Source: the human T2T-CHM13v2.0 reference genome, Homo sapiens. Taken from it: DNA of 64,000 nt. Of this stretch, positions 1 through 20,502 are shown piece after piece. A program made the position numbers and the translations under genes. The notes beneath the pieces are model-generated. The model made no database searches. It saw nothing but the letters and a program-made list of their open reading frames with translations, and had not been told where the DNA came from. Within the stretch, counting starts at the first letter, position 1; each line of letters begins with the position of its first letter. The stretch lies in NCBI RefSeq assembly GCF_009914755.1, contig NC_060925.1. One strand, written 5' to 3'.

Positions 1-59
1 TCTGTCACCAACATACAGGACATATAAAATGTAAAGTAACTCGTTAGACAAAACCATAG

Positions 60-1190
60 GGATGCAAGCAGCAAAATAAACACAATAGTATTTCTTCAAC
101 AAATAAATTGCAAAGAAGACTTTATGTATTAAAAAGACTGAAGTAAACCTAATGTAAAGTGTTTATGAGACCATTGCAGATATTTGAATGCTACTGGATA
201 CATGATCTTAAGGAATTATTGTTAAATGTTTAAGTATAATAGTAATACTAGGGTCCTGTTATTTTTTTAAAGAGCTCTTTCAAAAAAAGTGGTACACATT
301 GAAGTATTTATGGATAAAATATGATGTCTGGGATTTGCTTCAGAATACTCCAAGCGAGGTTGGAAGTGGTAGTGATGGAAAGTAGGTGAAGGTATGGATG
401 AAACAAATTAGCCACGTAATTGTTGAAGGCTAGTGCCAAGTATGCTGGAGTTGATTTTACTATTTTTTCCTACTTTTGTTTATGTTTAATTCCATATTAA
501 CACATAAAAAGTAAATAGATATTGAACAGTGTCAAGTGCTCTTTCTATACTGATTATTGAGATAATCATATGAGCTTTCAACTTCAACCAATTTATGAAA
601 TAAATTATATCAATAGTTTTTTCTGATGATGAACCTTTCTTGTAGCCCTGTACTGTTATTTTGTGAAAATGCTTCTGTATTGTTAGTTAATATTTTATTT
701 AGGTTTTTGCATCATATTCATAAGAGAATTGGACCTATAATTTTTTTCTTTTATTGCCCTTTCCTGATTTTGGAATCTAGATTATACCAACCTCATAAAA
801 TAAGAGCATATATAAAAGCAAATGCTCTTATCTTGCAGATCCCTGAACTGAGGAGGCAAGATCAGTTTGGCAGTTGAAGCAGCTGGAATCTGCAATTCAG
901 AGAATCTAAGAAAAGACAACCCTGAAGAGAGAGACCCAGAAACCTAGCAGGAGTTTCTCCAAACATTCAAGGCTGAGGGATAAATGTTACATGCACAGGG
1001 TGAGCCTCCAGAGGCTTGTCCATTAGCAACTGCTACAGTTTCATTATCTCAGGGATCACAGATTGTGCTACCTATTGCCTACCATCTGAAAACAGTTGCT
1101 TCCTATATTTCATCCAGTTTAATATTTATTTAAACCAAGAAGGTTAATCTGGCACCAGCTATTCCGTTGTGAGTGGATGTGAAAGTACCA
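60..1190. mobile_element. Old L1M fragments (3' end on plus ~60-510; ORF2 and 5' pieces on minus ~515-810 and ~1030-1190)
   Basis: Resemblance to L1MC/ME 3' end (atgatgtctgggatttgcttca) and to L1 ORF2 antisense sequence. Confidence 0.6.
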
Positions 1191-1684
1191 ATTCCATTCT
1201 GTTTTACTATTAACTATCCTTTGCCTTAATATGTATCAGTAGGTGGCTTGTTGCTAGGAAATATTAAATGAATGGCATGTTTCATAGGTTGTGTTTAAAG
1301 TTGTTTTTTGAGTTAAATCTTTCTTTAATAGTACTTTCTGATGTCAAAAACACTTAGAAGTCATGGTGTTGAACATCTATATAGGGTTGGATCTAAAATA
1401 GCTTCTTAACCTTTCCTAACCACTGTTTTTGTTTGTTTGTTTTTAACTAAGCATCCAGTTTGGGAAATTCTGAATTAGGGGAATCATAAAAGGTTTCATT
1501 TTAGCTGGGCCACATAAGGAAAGTAAGATATCAAATTGTAAAAATCGTTAAGAACTTCTATCCCATCTGAAGTGTGGGTTAGGTGCCTCTTCTCTGTGCT
1601 CCCTTAACATCCTATTTTATCTGTATATATATATATTCTTCCAAATATCCATGGGAAAAAAAATCTGATCATAAAAATATTTTA

Positions 1685-4250
<2,566 letters not shown>

Positions 4251-4991
4251 TTGTTATAAATGCTGCCTCTCATTATCACATATTTTATTATTAACAACAA
4301 CAAACATACCAATTAGCTTAAGATACAATACAACCAGATAATCATGATGACAACAGTAATTGTTATACTATTATAATAAAATAGATGTTTTGTATGTTAC
4401 TATAATCTTGAATTTGAATAGAAATTTGCATTTCTGAAAGCATGTTCCTGTCATCTAATATGATTCTGTATCTATTAAAGTAGTACTACATCTAGAGTTC
4501 TACTACTAGATTTATTTATCACTGAGAATGGTTTGGACGATTTAAGAGAAACAAGACTTCTTAAATTTCTTATATAGTTTAGAATGAAAAGATATAGCAG
4601 GAATAACCTAGTAAGAATTTTCATGTATAGAACAATATGAATTGTACATCTTGGAAAAAATGTGTTTGGGCTTCAAATGCATTATACAACTTTAATAATA
4701 CATACCCAGAAGAATGTTTTGTTTTATTAATCTTGTCTCTCCAAGTAAGATATGCTAGTTCCATCAACAATAATTAGATTGTTATGCCTCTGGCTGAGTT
4801 TTAGAAAGTAATATGCCAATGAGGAATCACTTCCAATTTCTCATATAACAGCCTTGGATGAGGAAGAATTCCCTTCTGATGTTGAAGCTAGGAAGTTGTT
4901 GGGGGAAGGAAGGTTCTGAAATAAGTGGTTCTGATACCATTTATTTTTGTCCACAACTACCAAGTTTTAAGTATCAGAGACATTGAGTAGT

Positions 4992-5451
4992 TGTGGTAAA
5001 TGGAACAGTGGCCTCCCAAAGATGTCTGCATCCTAATTCCCAGAACCTGTCGATGTTAACTTCTATGACAAAAGGGATTTTGTATAAGTGATCAAGTTAA
5101 TGATCTGCGATGGGGAGATTATTCTGGTTTTTCCTGGTGGGCCTCATGTAGTTGCAATGGAAGCAGAGGAGTCAATCAGAAAGAAGGTGATATGATGAAA
5201 GCAGAGGGAGAAAAAAAAGATGTGATACAGAGCAATGAACCAAAGAATGAGGACAGCCTTTAGAAACTGGAAAAGGCAATGAATGGCTCCTCCCCTAGAG
5301 ACTCCAGAACCAGCCCTGCCCACACCTGGATTTTGGCCCTGTAGAACTCATCTCAGATTTCTGACTTCCAGAACCATAAGACAACAAATTTGTGTTGTTT
5401 TAAGCCTCTATGTTTGTGATAATATACTACAGCAGCAATAAGAACCTTATG
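4992..5451 (+). mobile_element. MaLR LTR (MLT1C/D-like)
   Basis: Starts tgtggt...ggcctcccaaagatgtc and ends tgttgttttaagcc...acagcagcaatag-type motif. Confidence 0.8.
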
Positions 5452-5660
5452 CAATACTTAATTTGGTCAAAATCTGCAGGTGGGTTAAAAGTGAAATAGG
5501 CTGACTGCAAATTTCTTAAACTAGTCCAGAATCAATTTTGCAATAGAAATTACAAATTTTAAAATCAAAACAGAAACAGTGAGCTCAGGGGACTTTTTAA
5601 GCCATGCCCTCAGGTAAATAACTCCTCTATGGTGTCTATTAAGGATGGTTTCTTAGCATC

Positions 5661-5904
5661 CAGAGTCTCGCTCTGTCTCCCAGGCTGGAGTGCAGTGGCG
5701 CAATCTCGGCTCCACTGAAAGCTCCACCTCCCAGGTTCACACCATTCTCCTGCCTCAACCTCCCAAGTAGCTGGGACTACAGGTGCACACCACCATGCCT
5801 GGCTAATTTTTTTTAATTTTTAGTAGAAACGGAGTTTCACCCTGTTAGCTAGGATGGCCTCGATCTCCTGACATCGTGATCCACCTGCCTCGGCCTCCCA
5901 AAGT
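5661..5904 (-). mobile_element. Tailless, doubly truncated AluY-like fragment
   Basis: Carries the AluY-type ggttcacaccattctcctgcc. Lacks poly(A), about 35 nt of the 5' end and any TSD. Confidence 0.88.
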
Positions 5905-6105
5905 CCACTTGTTCTTATAGGGAGGAAGAGTGAAGATGAGTTGGATCTTTCTCCATTTCTCAATGATATTGCAGCTCCACTCCCATACTGAAGACCCACT
6001 CTTCTGTATTGAGGCTTTCTCAGCTTCTGGCCATCAGAATAAGGTTGGCTTTTCACCTCTCCCTCAAACTTCTGAGCTCTTATATATGATTAATTGGTTT
6101 AATCA

Positions 6106-6434
6106 TGATATGGTTTGGCTCTGTGTCCCCACTCAAATTTAATGTTGAATTGTAATCCCAACTGGTGGGAGGTGACTGGCATGGAAACGGATATCCCCCT
6201 TGCTGTTCTTGTGATAGTTAGTGAGGTCTCATGAGATCTGGTTGTTGAAAAGTGTGTACCACTTCCCCCTTCACTGTCCTTCTCCCACTCCACCATGCTT
6301 GTTGATTTCCTGAGGCCTCTCCAGCCATGCTTCCGGTAGAGCCTACAGAACTGTTAACCAATTAAACCTCTTTTCTGTATAAATTACACAATCTCAGATA
6401 GTTCTTTATAGCTGTGTGAGAATGGACTAATACA
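6106..6434 (+). mobile_element. MaLR LTR (THE1/MST family)
   Basis: tgatatggtttggctctgtgtcccc...aatggactaataca with TSD aatca/aatta. Confidence 0.88.
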
Positions 6435-6639
6435 AATTATCTCTTGCTTAAAGAAATAATGGTTAACAACACCTGAAATTAAATACATATCTGATTCCAC
6501 TCCAGACCAATTAAATGAGAACCTTTGGAAGTGAGGCATAAGCATCTATATTTTAAATTTTCCCCAGGTAATTAGTCAGGACTGTGAACCATTGTTCTAA
6601 CTGAGTGATAAACCCTATTCCTGGCCAAATTTTAATCAC

Positions 6640-7020
6640 CAATGTGATTGTGTCTCCCCCAAATTTCCATGTTGAAGTCCTAACCCCGGTAACTTAGTAT
6701 GTGTCTGTATTTGCAGATAAGGTCTTCAGAGAGGTAATTAAGGTTAAATAAAGTTATTAGAGTAGGCCCTAGTCCAACATGACTGGTATCCTTGTAAAAG
6801 AGGAGATTAAGACATAGACACAGAAAGAGAAAAGACCATGTGAAGACACAGAGAGAAGATAGCCATCTGCAAACCACAGAGAAAGACCTCAGAAGAAACC
6901 CTGCCAACACCTTTGTCTTGGACTTCTAGCCTCCAGAACTGTGAGGAAATTAATTTCTGTTGCTTAAGCCATCCAGTTTGTGGTACTTTGTAATGGCAGT
7001 CCTAACAAAGCTAGTATAGC
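6640..7020 (+). mobile_element. MaLR LTR (MLT1A-like); a MER5-like relic precedes it at ~6460-6598
   Basis: gttgaagtcctaacccc...gaggtaattaaggttaaat...ggacttctagcctccagaactgtgag. Confidence 0.8.
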
Positions 7021-8033
7021 CAGTATACCAGTTAAAAATTTTTATCAAATCCATTGAACATTTTTATCCTAGAAACACTCATTATCTGAACTCTGAACAT
7101 TAGCATGGGGTATACTTCTTTGCAAGGGGATAAAAAGTAATAATAACTTTCAGCATAAGAAAATGCCAAATAGGTGAATTGCTTTTAGTTGCAAATAGAA
7201 AACTCAATTATCACTTTCTTAAAAAAATGATTATAAAATTTAAAAAAAAAAAAAATTAAAAAAAAATTAATTATCTCATATAATAAGAAGTCTGCAGGTG
7301 ATGAGGAGAGAGATGCTGGAGAGGATCATCTGGTCTGAAGGCCCAGGCCTTTTCTTTTTGTCCATTTTACTGTTTTCAGCACGTTTTGGTGGAGTTTGTT
7401 TGTTTTTGTCCTCATGCTGGTTGTCTTCAGGCTGCTTGTTTACATTCCTACCACAAAAAGTAGAATGGGCAGCACCAAGTAACTGGCAAGTCATGCTTGT
7501 CCCTTTTTATGGAAAAGTAAAAGCTTTTCCAAAAGCCTCCCAACAGACCTCGGTTTGCTAAGGTCACAGCCTTCTGTAGGTGGAGGGGAAGCTAAAGGTG
7601 GAATACTTCACAAATGGGAAAGGAACATTCATGACTGGCTTAAACTAATGGTTCTCGATAATGGTTCATCCATGATGTCATCTGGAACAAAATTGGGACT
7701 CAAATAGCAAGACAGGAAAAGTAATAGGATAAGGATAGTGATTAATATGTTGTGGCAGACACAACTAGAAACTATTTGCTCATAAAACAGGGAAGATCTA
7801 GCTGGATTGGGGCATATTTAATGCAAGACTAAAAGGATCATTCAGTGTCTCCATTCTTCCTCCACCTCTCTTCACTTTCATCTCTCTCCCCCTCACCTTC
7901 CTCTCTCTCCCTCTCCCTCTCCCTACCTCCCACTCCATCTTTTCCTGCTTTCATCACCCATTTGCTCTATTTCTAGCACGTCTTCATAGCCAGGATTAGA
8001 TAATCAAACAGGACTATAAGAAATACTCTTTTT

Positions 8034-8657
<624 letters not shown>

Positions 8658-8659
8658 TC

Positions 8660-8955
8660 TTTTTTTTATTTTTGAGACAGGGTCTCGCTCTGTTGCTGAG
8701 TGGAGTGCAGTGGCGTGATCTCGGCTCACTGCAACCTCTGCCTCTCAGATTCAAGTGATTCTCATGCCTCAGCACTTCCCAACAGCTGAGACTACAAGCC
8801 CGCACCACCACACCTGGCTAATTTTTGTATTTTTAGTAGAGATGGGGTTTCCCCAGTTTGGCCAGGCTGGCCTCAAACTCTTGGCCTCAAGTTATCTGCT
8901 TGCCTCAGCCTCCCATAGTATTAGGATTACAGGCATGAGCTACTGCACGTGGTCA
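8660..8955 (-). mobile_element. AluJ-like
   Basis: Diverged antisense Alu dimer followed by gaaatactcttt. Confidence 0.9.
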
Positions 8956-9654
8956 CGAAATACTCTTTACAGAACCAAAACAGACGACCATGCAGTGATT
9001 AATTGAATGCGTTTGGTGACAGACAGCTCACTGCCTTCTGCAGAGATGCTACATATGATAGTACAGGTTGTGCTCTGCACAGAGCACCTGCCCAAAGCAA
9101 CAGATGGATGGGGCCCAGAAGCCACTGTGTCAGGCTTTGTCCAACTAGAGAAAGAAGTGCCTTTTTCTAATTCACAAAAAGATACCACACAGGCTATCAG
9201 GGGCCCTGGCAGTATGAGGGTCTCTTTTCCAGTGTTACATGTCTATGACTGCTATCAGGTTCTCTTTTACAATGAGACAAAATTTACCTCCTCAAAGATT
9301 CTATTTAATGTTCATTTAATGGCTTAGAGCTGCTTAGGACACATTTGCTCTCCCCTCTTAGTCCCCATGATATCTTTTCTCTTCCAGGATACTCAGCCCT
9401 TTTTCCTCCAGACATGAACACAGCTACAACACAGCTCAGATTCAGCCTTACCATTCACATTCATTCTTCTTTTATTATAGCAGCAGGTGGTCAGTGGCCC
9501 TCTTAAGCTGTAGCACCATAGCTTGAACATTGAAATAGAATGTCCCAAAAAAGAGAAAGAAGATGTGGAAAATAAAAGGCCCTGTTCACAGAAATCACCT
9601 TGCTGCATGGCCGTGAAGGAGTAGACCTGAGCTGGCTCAAGAGTAAGTAGCAGA

Positions 9655-10540
<886 letters not shown>

Positions 10541-11439
10541 TAGTACACAGAAAGGTTTTGGACAATTTCTTTTATAAAATGAAGTAATTTCAGTGTTAAC
10601 ACATCCCTCCTTCCCTCTCCCCATGTCATCAGATACTTATTGAATTTGAGCCATCAAGCATGTTGGCTACAGAAAAGAATGAGACAAAGCCTTTGTTCCT
10701 GAAGAGTTGGCCCAGTAGAGAAGGCGCTGCTCCTCCATAATCACTTCTCACTCCCACCACAGGACCCAGACCAGCACCACACGCAGGGCAGGGATTAGAG
10801 AGAGTTCCCTTTTCTCACAGCCAATGAGATCCTAAGTCCTTTAAATCTTCCTATGTGTTCTTGATATTTCCTAATCATTTTATCAAATGTGTAAGAGAAC
10901 ACAGCTCACTGGGATGGCAGGAGGAGGGAAGGAGTCAGAGATAGACCAAGTTGAGGAGGAATAATAAATTGTTATTTTAAAGCAAATGGCCTAATTCCTC
11001 TTCTGGAAAGAATCATGCTTTTTTGGAAAAATAACTTTAAGACTTGTCTACAGGTATGGAAAAAGAAACCCAGAGGATATAACCAGGACAGCCTAGTACA
11101 GTCAGAAAGGGTACACAAGTGCCTCTCACAACAAAGTGGGATGAATTCTGAGGTTTGAGTGTGGTGAGGAGGAGGGAAGTCAGAGAATACCTACAATGAG
11201 AGAGAGAGAATGAGGGCTGGAAGCACTGTGAGAGTAAGCAGGGTGGGCTGTGCTCCCAAAAAGTCATCTCTGAATAGAAAAAAAATGAGCTGGGGATAGG
11301 AAGTGAGGTGATGGCCTTGTGCTTCCTGGTGACACTGTAATTGTTGGCTTCTGTATCAGGCTGGCCCTGTGCCCTGTGAGATCCTTCAGGCAAAGAGCCA
11401 GGTCTTGACTGTTTTATTCCCAGTAGTCATGATGGTGGC

Positions 11440-12745
<1,306 letters not shown>

Positions 12746-13709
12746 TGGTTTGTCCCATAAGCGGACACTGTCATATCATGGGCCCTAGATGAAGGTTGAC
12801 TGAAGCAATGTGAAAGCGAGGGAAAGGAAGGAGAGGATGAGCAGGAACAAGGGCACTGCTGCCTGTAAAGAAGCAGCTGCCTGACACTGTTGGTAGTTGG
12901 TGAGGTATCATCAGTACCCCAGCCTGACCTCAGCCTGAGGAATTTGCTCTGCTTGTCTGTTGGGGCTTTGGACCTCCTGGATGAGCTGCCTGTGTTCCTC
13001 TCTCCTCTTCACCCCTAGCTGTTCTAGCTACACAAAGGGCTATATTCTCATCACCATGGCAGGAAGTTTGCCAGTCACCAAGCCTCCCTGTGTGCCTCTT
13101 TGATTTGCAACATTTAAAGGGCATGAAGAGACGCATTCAGAGGCAGGCTTTTAAACCCGAAGTTACCCTAGTGTGAGTCCCAACTGAAACATCCTTGCTG
13201 GCAGTAACTGCTGAGCACAGCTGGACGGATGTAGCATTTGCCCTATAAAACATTTGATACTTTGCCAATAAACTGTAAAGAGGGAAAAAAAGGCCCCTGT
13301 TTTCTTTGCAGTTACAGGGCAGCTTTGGAATGTGCTAACCAAAGCAAAATGTGACCCTTGCTCCATCAGAGTATACTCTCCCAGCCCTGCTGATGAATAA
13401 GAGTATAGTTAGGCCTCTCACTCAAACCCTCACTTGGCAGAGCCACTGGGATTTCAGAGCCTGTCCCCAGATCCTTCCCTTCCCTACTGCTCTTGGGTGG
13501 CTAAGGGTGTCCTCAGGAGCCACTGAAGCCATCTGGCATGGGTACCACAGTCACTCTCCACTCCACCTCTTTGTGGTCTTGTCAACTGGTGTAGCTACTG
13601 TGGCAAAAGAATGGTGACCTGCACCTCCACTGTCATTACTGTACCTCTTTAGAGCTGTCCCTTTGCTTGTACCCATGCTTCTCTGTTCTCCATACAACAA
13701 GGGTCTTGA

Positions 13710-13850
13710 GGCTGGGTGCAATGGCTCATGCCTGTAATCCCAGCTCTTTGGGAGGGGGACGTGGTAGGCTTAATTGAGGCCAGGAGTTCGATATTAGCCT
13801 GGGCAACATAGAGAGACCCTGTCTCTACCAAAAAAAAAAAAAAAAAAAAA
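13710..13850 (+). mobile_element. Alu left monomer (FLAM_C-like)
   Basis: Single monomer followed by A21. Confidence 0.85.
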
Positions 13851-14323
13851 GTATATTGATATATTGAAGGGAGAATCTCTCCACCCAGTGAAAACATCTC
13901 CTTCAGTCAGATGTCAGGGAACCTGGTAATCTCCTAAAAAGTTATTTATAAAGATGAATGCCCTTTCTGATTTTCAAATTCATTCTTGATGAATGTGAGT
14001 CATCCAAGGCCAAGTTGCAAGATAATTTTGGAAGATGATCAGTAGCATCCAGAATCAAGTAAAAAACATGATTCCTCCCTGCCAACGCACAAACCTACAA
14101 AAATTCCAAGATAGAAGTCATGGGCCTCCTCTTTTAGAATGAATTCCTTAAGAGCCCACAGATTCTGCTTAAGGGCATCCTGAGTTCCAATTTGCTTGAG
14201 TGCCAGTAATCTGGGGCTCAGCCATCTGGCCTCAGAGTCTTTTTTATGTCTCCCCAGAAATAAGAAGATCTGTGTGTTCTTATATAGACAGGATTTCTGG
14301 AAGCTTTGTTCTCCCAGAGTTCC

Positions 14324-14750
14324 TGTCTTAGTTTGGGATGCCTCAGAACCCTCAGACAATTATTTGGGTGTAAGTAGTTTACTGAGGAGGTGATCCCAGG
14401 AAACACCAATTAGGGTAGGAAGGAAGCCACCAAAGGGTGCGTTATTAAGCAAATTTTCACTGTGGGCAACTGGAGTACAATCATATTAAATAACACTGAT
14501 AGCTAATTAGAATATATGCCTCAGAATTATCCCACCCAAGGAGTGGGGAAACTGGGGTCTTTAAGCACCTGTTCTCATCAGCCATTGTTTGAGAGTGTTA
14601 ATTCCTGCCCTTCTGGCCTGGCATGTGGGTAGAGTGAGCTTCAGTAGGTAAAGCAAGCCGAAAATCACAGGTGCTGGCTGTTGGAAGTCAGGCCGGTGAG
14701 CAAAGACATGGGGAAGCCGGGTAATAGGGGTGGGACACTATCACATGGGC
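14324..14750 (-). mobile_element. ERVL LTR (LTR16 family)
   Basis: tgtcttagtttggg...gaggtgatcccaggaa is the reverse complement of the LTR16-type 3' end also seen at 31838 and 40651. Confidence 0.65.
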
Positions 14751-15044
14751 TACAGTTCCCAAGGTGGACAAGCAGGACCCACTCATGGCATAAAGAAGGC
14801 CACAAGCCAGGCAAAGTAGTTTGCACAATCTTCAGAGTGTGATGATAGTCTGTATGGTAGCCCTGAGTAATCTTTCCGGTAGGGAACAGCTGAGAATTTA
14901 GGAGCAGAATCAGTCCTACATCCCCAGGCATTGGCAATGACAAGAATCAGGCAGGAAGTTGGGGTTCAGGACAGAAATCCTAGTTCAAAGGGAACAGGGG
15001 TTCTAAGGAAGGGAAACAGAGGCATAAATCTGCATTGCTGTAGG

Positions 15045-16990
<1,946 letters not shown>

Positions 16991-17036
16991 CCTGAAGCTT
17001 ATCAGAGAAATACCAGGGAGAACAAGAGGAGTTCAG

Positions 17037-17050
17037 ACGCCCCCTGCTGG
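17037..17050 (-). promoter_or_regulatory. CTCF motif
   Basis: Minus strand CCAGCAGGGGGCGT matches the CCASYAGRKGGCRS core at 13 of 14 positions. Confidence 0.65.
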
Positions 17051-19317
17051 TGAGGCCCGGCTGCTGCCATCCTGAGAGCCTCCTTTCCCATGAACCGTGC
17101 TCACCAACTCTGAACTCAGCCTTCAGAACTTGCTATCTGTTTTTAAAAGGCTATCAACAAACCTGATCCAGACTAGAGTGACTAGACTCGTCATATAACT
17201 GGGATGAATGCTTTCAAAATATTAGGATGTAAATATGGTCCCTTTTTTTAGAATTAAATAATCAAATTCCCCCATCTCGCACCTCCCATAAGAGTTTTTT
17301 CTGGAAGTCCAGTTCCTCTTTCCCGCGCTTTCCCTTCATTCCTCTGAGTAAGAATCATATGGAAACAGGGGTCCATTAAGGTACTCACAGGCAAATGCAG
17401 ACAGAAGGCCCGCGTGTTCCCCTCCTGCCGTGGCGTCCTGCTCCCACGTGGTGGCACTGTTGAAGACAGCCCAACAGAGTACGAAAGATGCCACTGCAGA
17501 GTTGACAGTAACGATTGCCATGGTTCCTTGAGGAGGGATAACCCCAGCCTAAAGAGACCCCATCCTTTTGGCCTAGCGTTTTCAGTTCTTAGCACTTGTT
17601 CGTTCAGCAAATTTCCTAGGAATGCAACTTCCTGGAAGACACACAGCCACTTCTCAAGGAACAAGCCAGTCCCGTTTGCACTGTGGTCCTGGTATCTGAC
17701 TCTGCCCAGACCCAAAGCTCTGTCCCTTCCTCTCTCCTAGTATTTATTCACTCTGGGTGTAGGGCAGCTTTTTCCTCTTGAACTCTCAAGGTACGGAACC
17801 TCATTCTCCACATTTCTCAGGCCAGCTGCCCTTCCTTCCGCAGTTCCCAGCTCATTTCTGTTCCCGTCTATTCTGTGACATAGCAGCCAGTTTCTCTTAT
17901 TAAATAATTATGACTGTATAATAACTATGCCTCTGGCAAAGCATCTTCTCTAACAGGCACCTACTAGAATTCTTTTAAGGTGGGGGACAGATTTTATCTT
18001 AATAAAGGAAGAACTTTTAAAGCCCAGAGCTTGATAATGCCTGCCTCAGGAGGTAGTGAATTCCTTGTCTCTAAAAATACTTAATATAGGCTGTCTGTGT
18101 AACCCTCACACCAACATCCCAACAGGTGTGCAGGACAAAAACACCGTCTGCCGTCATGAAGGTGTGGCTCCGGAAGGACAAGGCTTTTTAAGACAAGGAC
18201 AAGGACAACTGCCTGTATTAATAGTTAAATCCCCCAGTCGCCCAAATGTGCCTACTTCACAGTTTCCCCCTCTTTTGTTGAAACTAATGAGTCACGATTG
18301 GAGTAATGTTTTTCTGTGACTCTGAAACCATTTTGCTTAATGAGGTACTAAGTCTTTATAATTAGGCCCAGAAGGAAACGAGGACGTGGCCCTTAAGAGC
18401 AATAATTATTTCAGTTATTTATGGTAATAAAAATTTGAAAATAGGAATTCTTCCTCAGAATGCAACTGTTTATTCTTTTACATATTGCCTAACAGGCAAT
18501 TACCCTATTAAGGCTGCGTTTGGTTGCTAAATACATTAATTGAAATGTAAATTAAATGTAAATCAGCTAATTAAATTGACATGTAATGAACTTGTCACGC
18601 GGGCCTCTCTGATCAGATGCATTTCGCTAATAAGCATTGCAGCCAGCCCAACACACAACTGGGGCGAAAGGGTGCCTGAGCTGTTTCCCGTCAGACACCC
18701 CAGTGAAGAAGGGAGGATCTGCATTACCCAGAACTTCAGGAAGAAAGGGGAACATTTTGGTCAGGCCCTTGGAAACATGCTTTCCTTCCGATACCTTTAT
18801 GGGCCTTATTTTTGTTTTTACTGATACAGTGCTTTCAGATGTAAAAGCTAGAAAATTCAACTCAAACTGGGTCATGTAAATGAAACATCCAAAAGTAGGA
18901 GGAGCTTTGGGCATGGCTCCTTCAGAGTTGCAGCTTCATTGCTCTGTGATTTCTCTAGGCTGGGTACTCCTCCCTGCGTTGCCATCATCTTTAGGTTGGT
19001 GTCTTATAGAGTACAGGCTTTATCACACAGAGGAGGAGCAGGGCACTGTTTCCACAATCACTGAAGGTAAGGCTTGAGGCTTGTGCCAATTGAACCAGGA
19101 CAGCTTTGCCGCTGGTATGCACTGGTACAGCTGAACCAGTTGTTAAAATAGTGAGACATTTTGATACAATTGCCAAGTAGCTACTTAAGTACCCAGTGAC
19201 TATTGGATACTCAAATGTCTCCTTCCTACACTAGCCACTCTAGCTTCCCACCCAGAACCCCACAGGCCACTTCATGCTTAAGCAAGGAAAGGATTAATGT
19301 TTGGTGTCAGAGGGGCC

Positions 19318-19753
19318 TGTCAGGCCTCTGAGCCCAAGCTAAGCCATCATATATCCCCTGTGACCTGCACGTATACATCCAGATGGCCTGAAGCAAGTGA
19401 AGAATCACAAAAGAAGTGAAAATGGCTGGTTCCTGCCTTAACTGATAACGTTCCACACATTGTGATTTGTTCCTGTCCCACCTTGAATGAGAGATTAAAC
19501 TTGTGAAATTCCTTCTCCTGGCTCAGAAGCTCCCCCACTGAGCACCTTGTGACCCCTGCTCCTGCCTGCAAGAGAAAAAACCCCTTTGACTGTAATTTTC
19601 CACTACCTACCCAAATCCTATAAAACGGCCCCACCCCTGTCTCCCTTCACTGACTCTTTTTGGACTCACCCTGCCTGCACCCAGGTGAAATAAACAGCCT
19701 TGTTGCTCACACAAAACCTGTTTGGTGGTCACTTCACACGGACGTGCGTGACA
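19318..19753 (+). mobile_element. HERV-H solo LTR (LTR7 family, LTR7B-like)
   Basis: Runs tgtcaggcctctgagcccaagctaagcc...ggacgtgcgtgaca, with TATAAA (~19619), AATAAA (~19689) and a perfect 5-bp TSD gggcc (19313-19317 and 19754-19758). Confidence 0.92.
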
Positions 19754-19979
19754 GGGCCCTTCAGAACCCTGCTCTGGTGCCACGGCTAGTCCCTACCCTG
19801 ATTGGTTGGGGCCTTGTTATGCTGGTTGTTAAGTATTTTGAAAATGTTCCCAGTATTAGATCACACCTAAACTAATCTCTAGGATTATGGGAATCCCATT
19901 TACTGATTAGCTGTACTTCTGAATTGACACTTTGGCAAGTGAAAAGACATTTTCTTGATGATTCTAGACTCAGTCTGGG

Positions 19980-20449
19980 AGAATAATCCTCAAACTTGAG
20001 TGTGCTCAGAATCCCCTGAAGGGCTTGTTAAAACACAGATTGCTGCGCTCCATGACCACAGTTGCTGACTCAGGGGTGGATCTTTAAGCCTTTACATTAC
20101 TATCAGCAATCAGGTGATGCCAATGCTGCTGGATGGCAGATGCACCTGACAGCAATAACTTAAGCATAACCTGAGAACGACCCTATGGCCTAAGAAGAAT
20201 GTGTGTTCAGAGTACTGGGCTAAGGAATCTAGGAGGGACCAACCCAGAGGTTCACTTACTATCTATGAAGGACATTTGAATCCATGGCCCATCCCTTGGA
20301 ATGTTGGCCGTGTGGAGACTGAGGCCCTTTGTTTTGGGTTACATGAAGGTTGTCAGGTAGAGGTTGCTGGCAGGAGGGTATTGTATTAGTCAGGGTTCTC
20401 TAGAGGGACGGAACTAATGGAATATGTGTGTGTGTGTGTGTGTGTGTGT

Positions 20450-20502
<53 letters not shown>

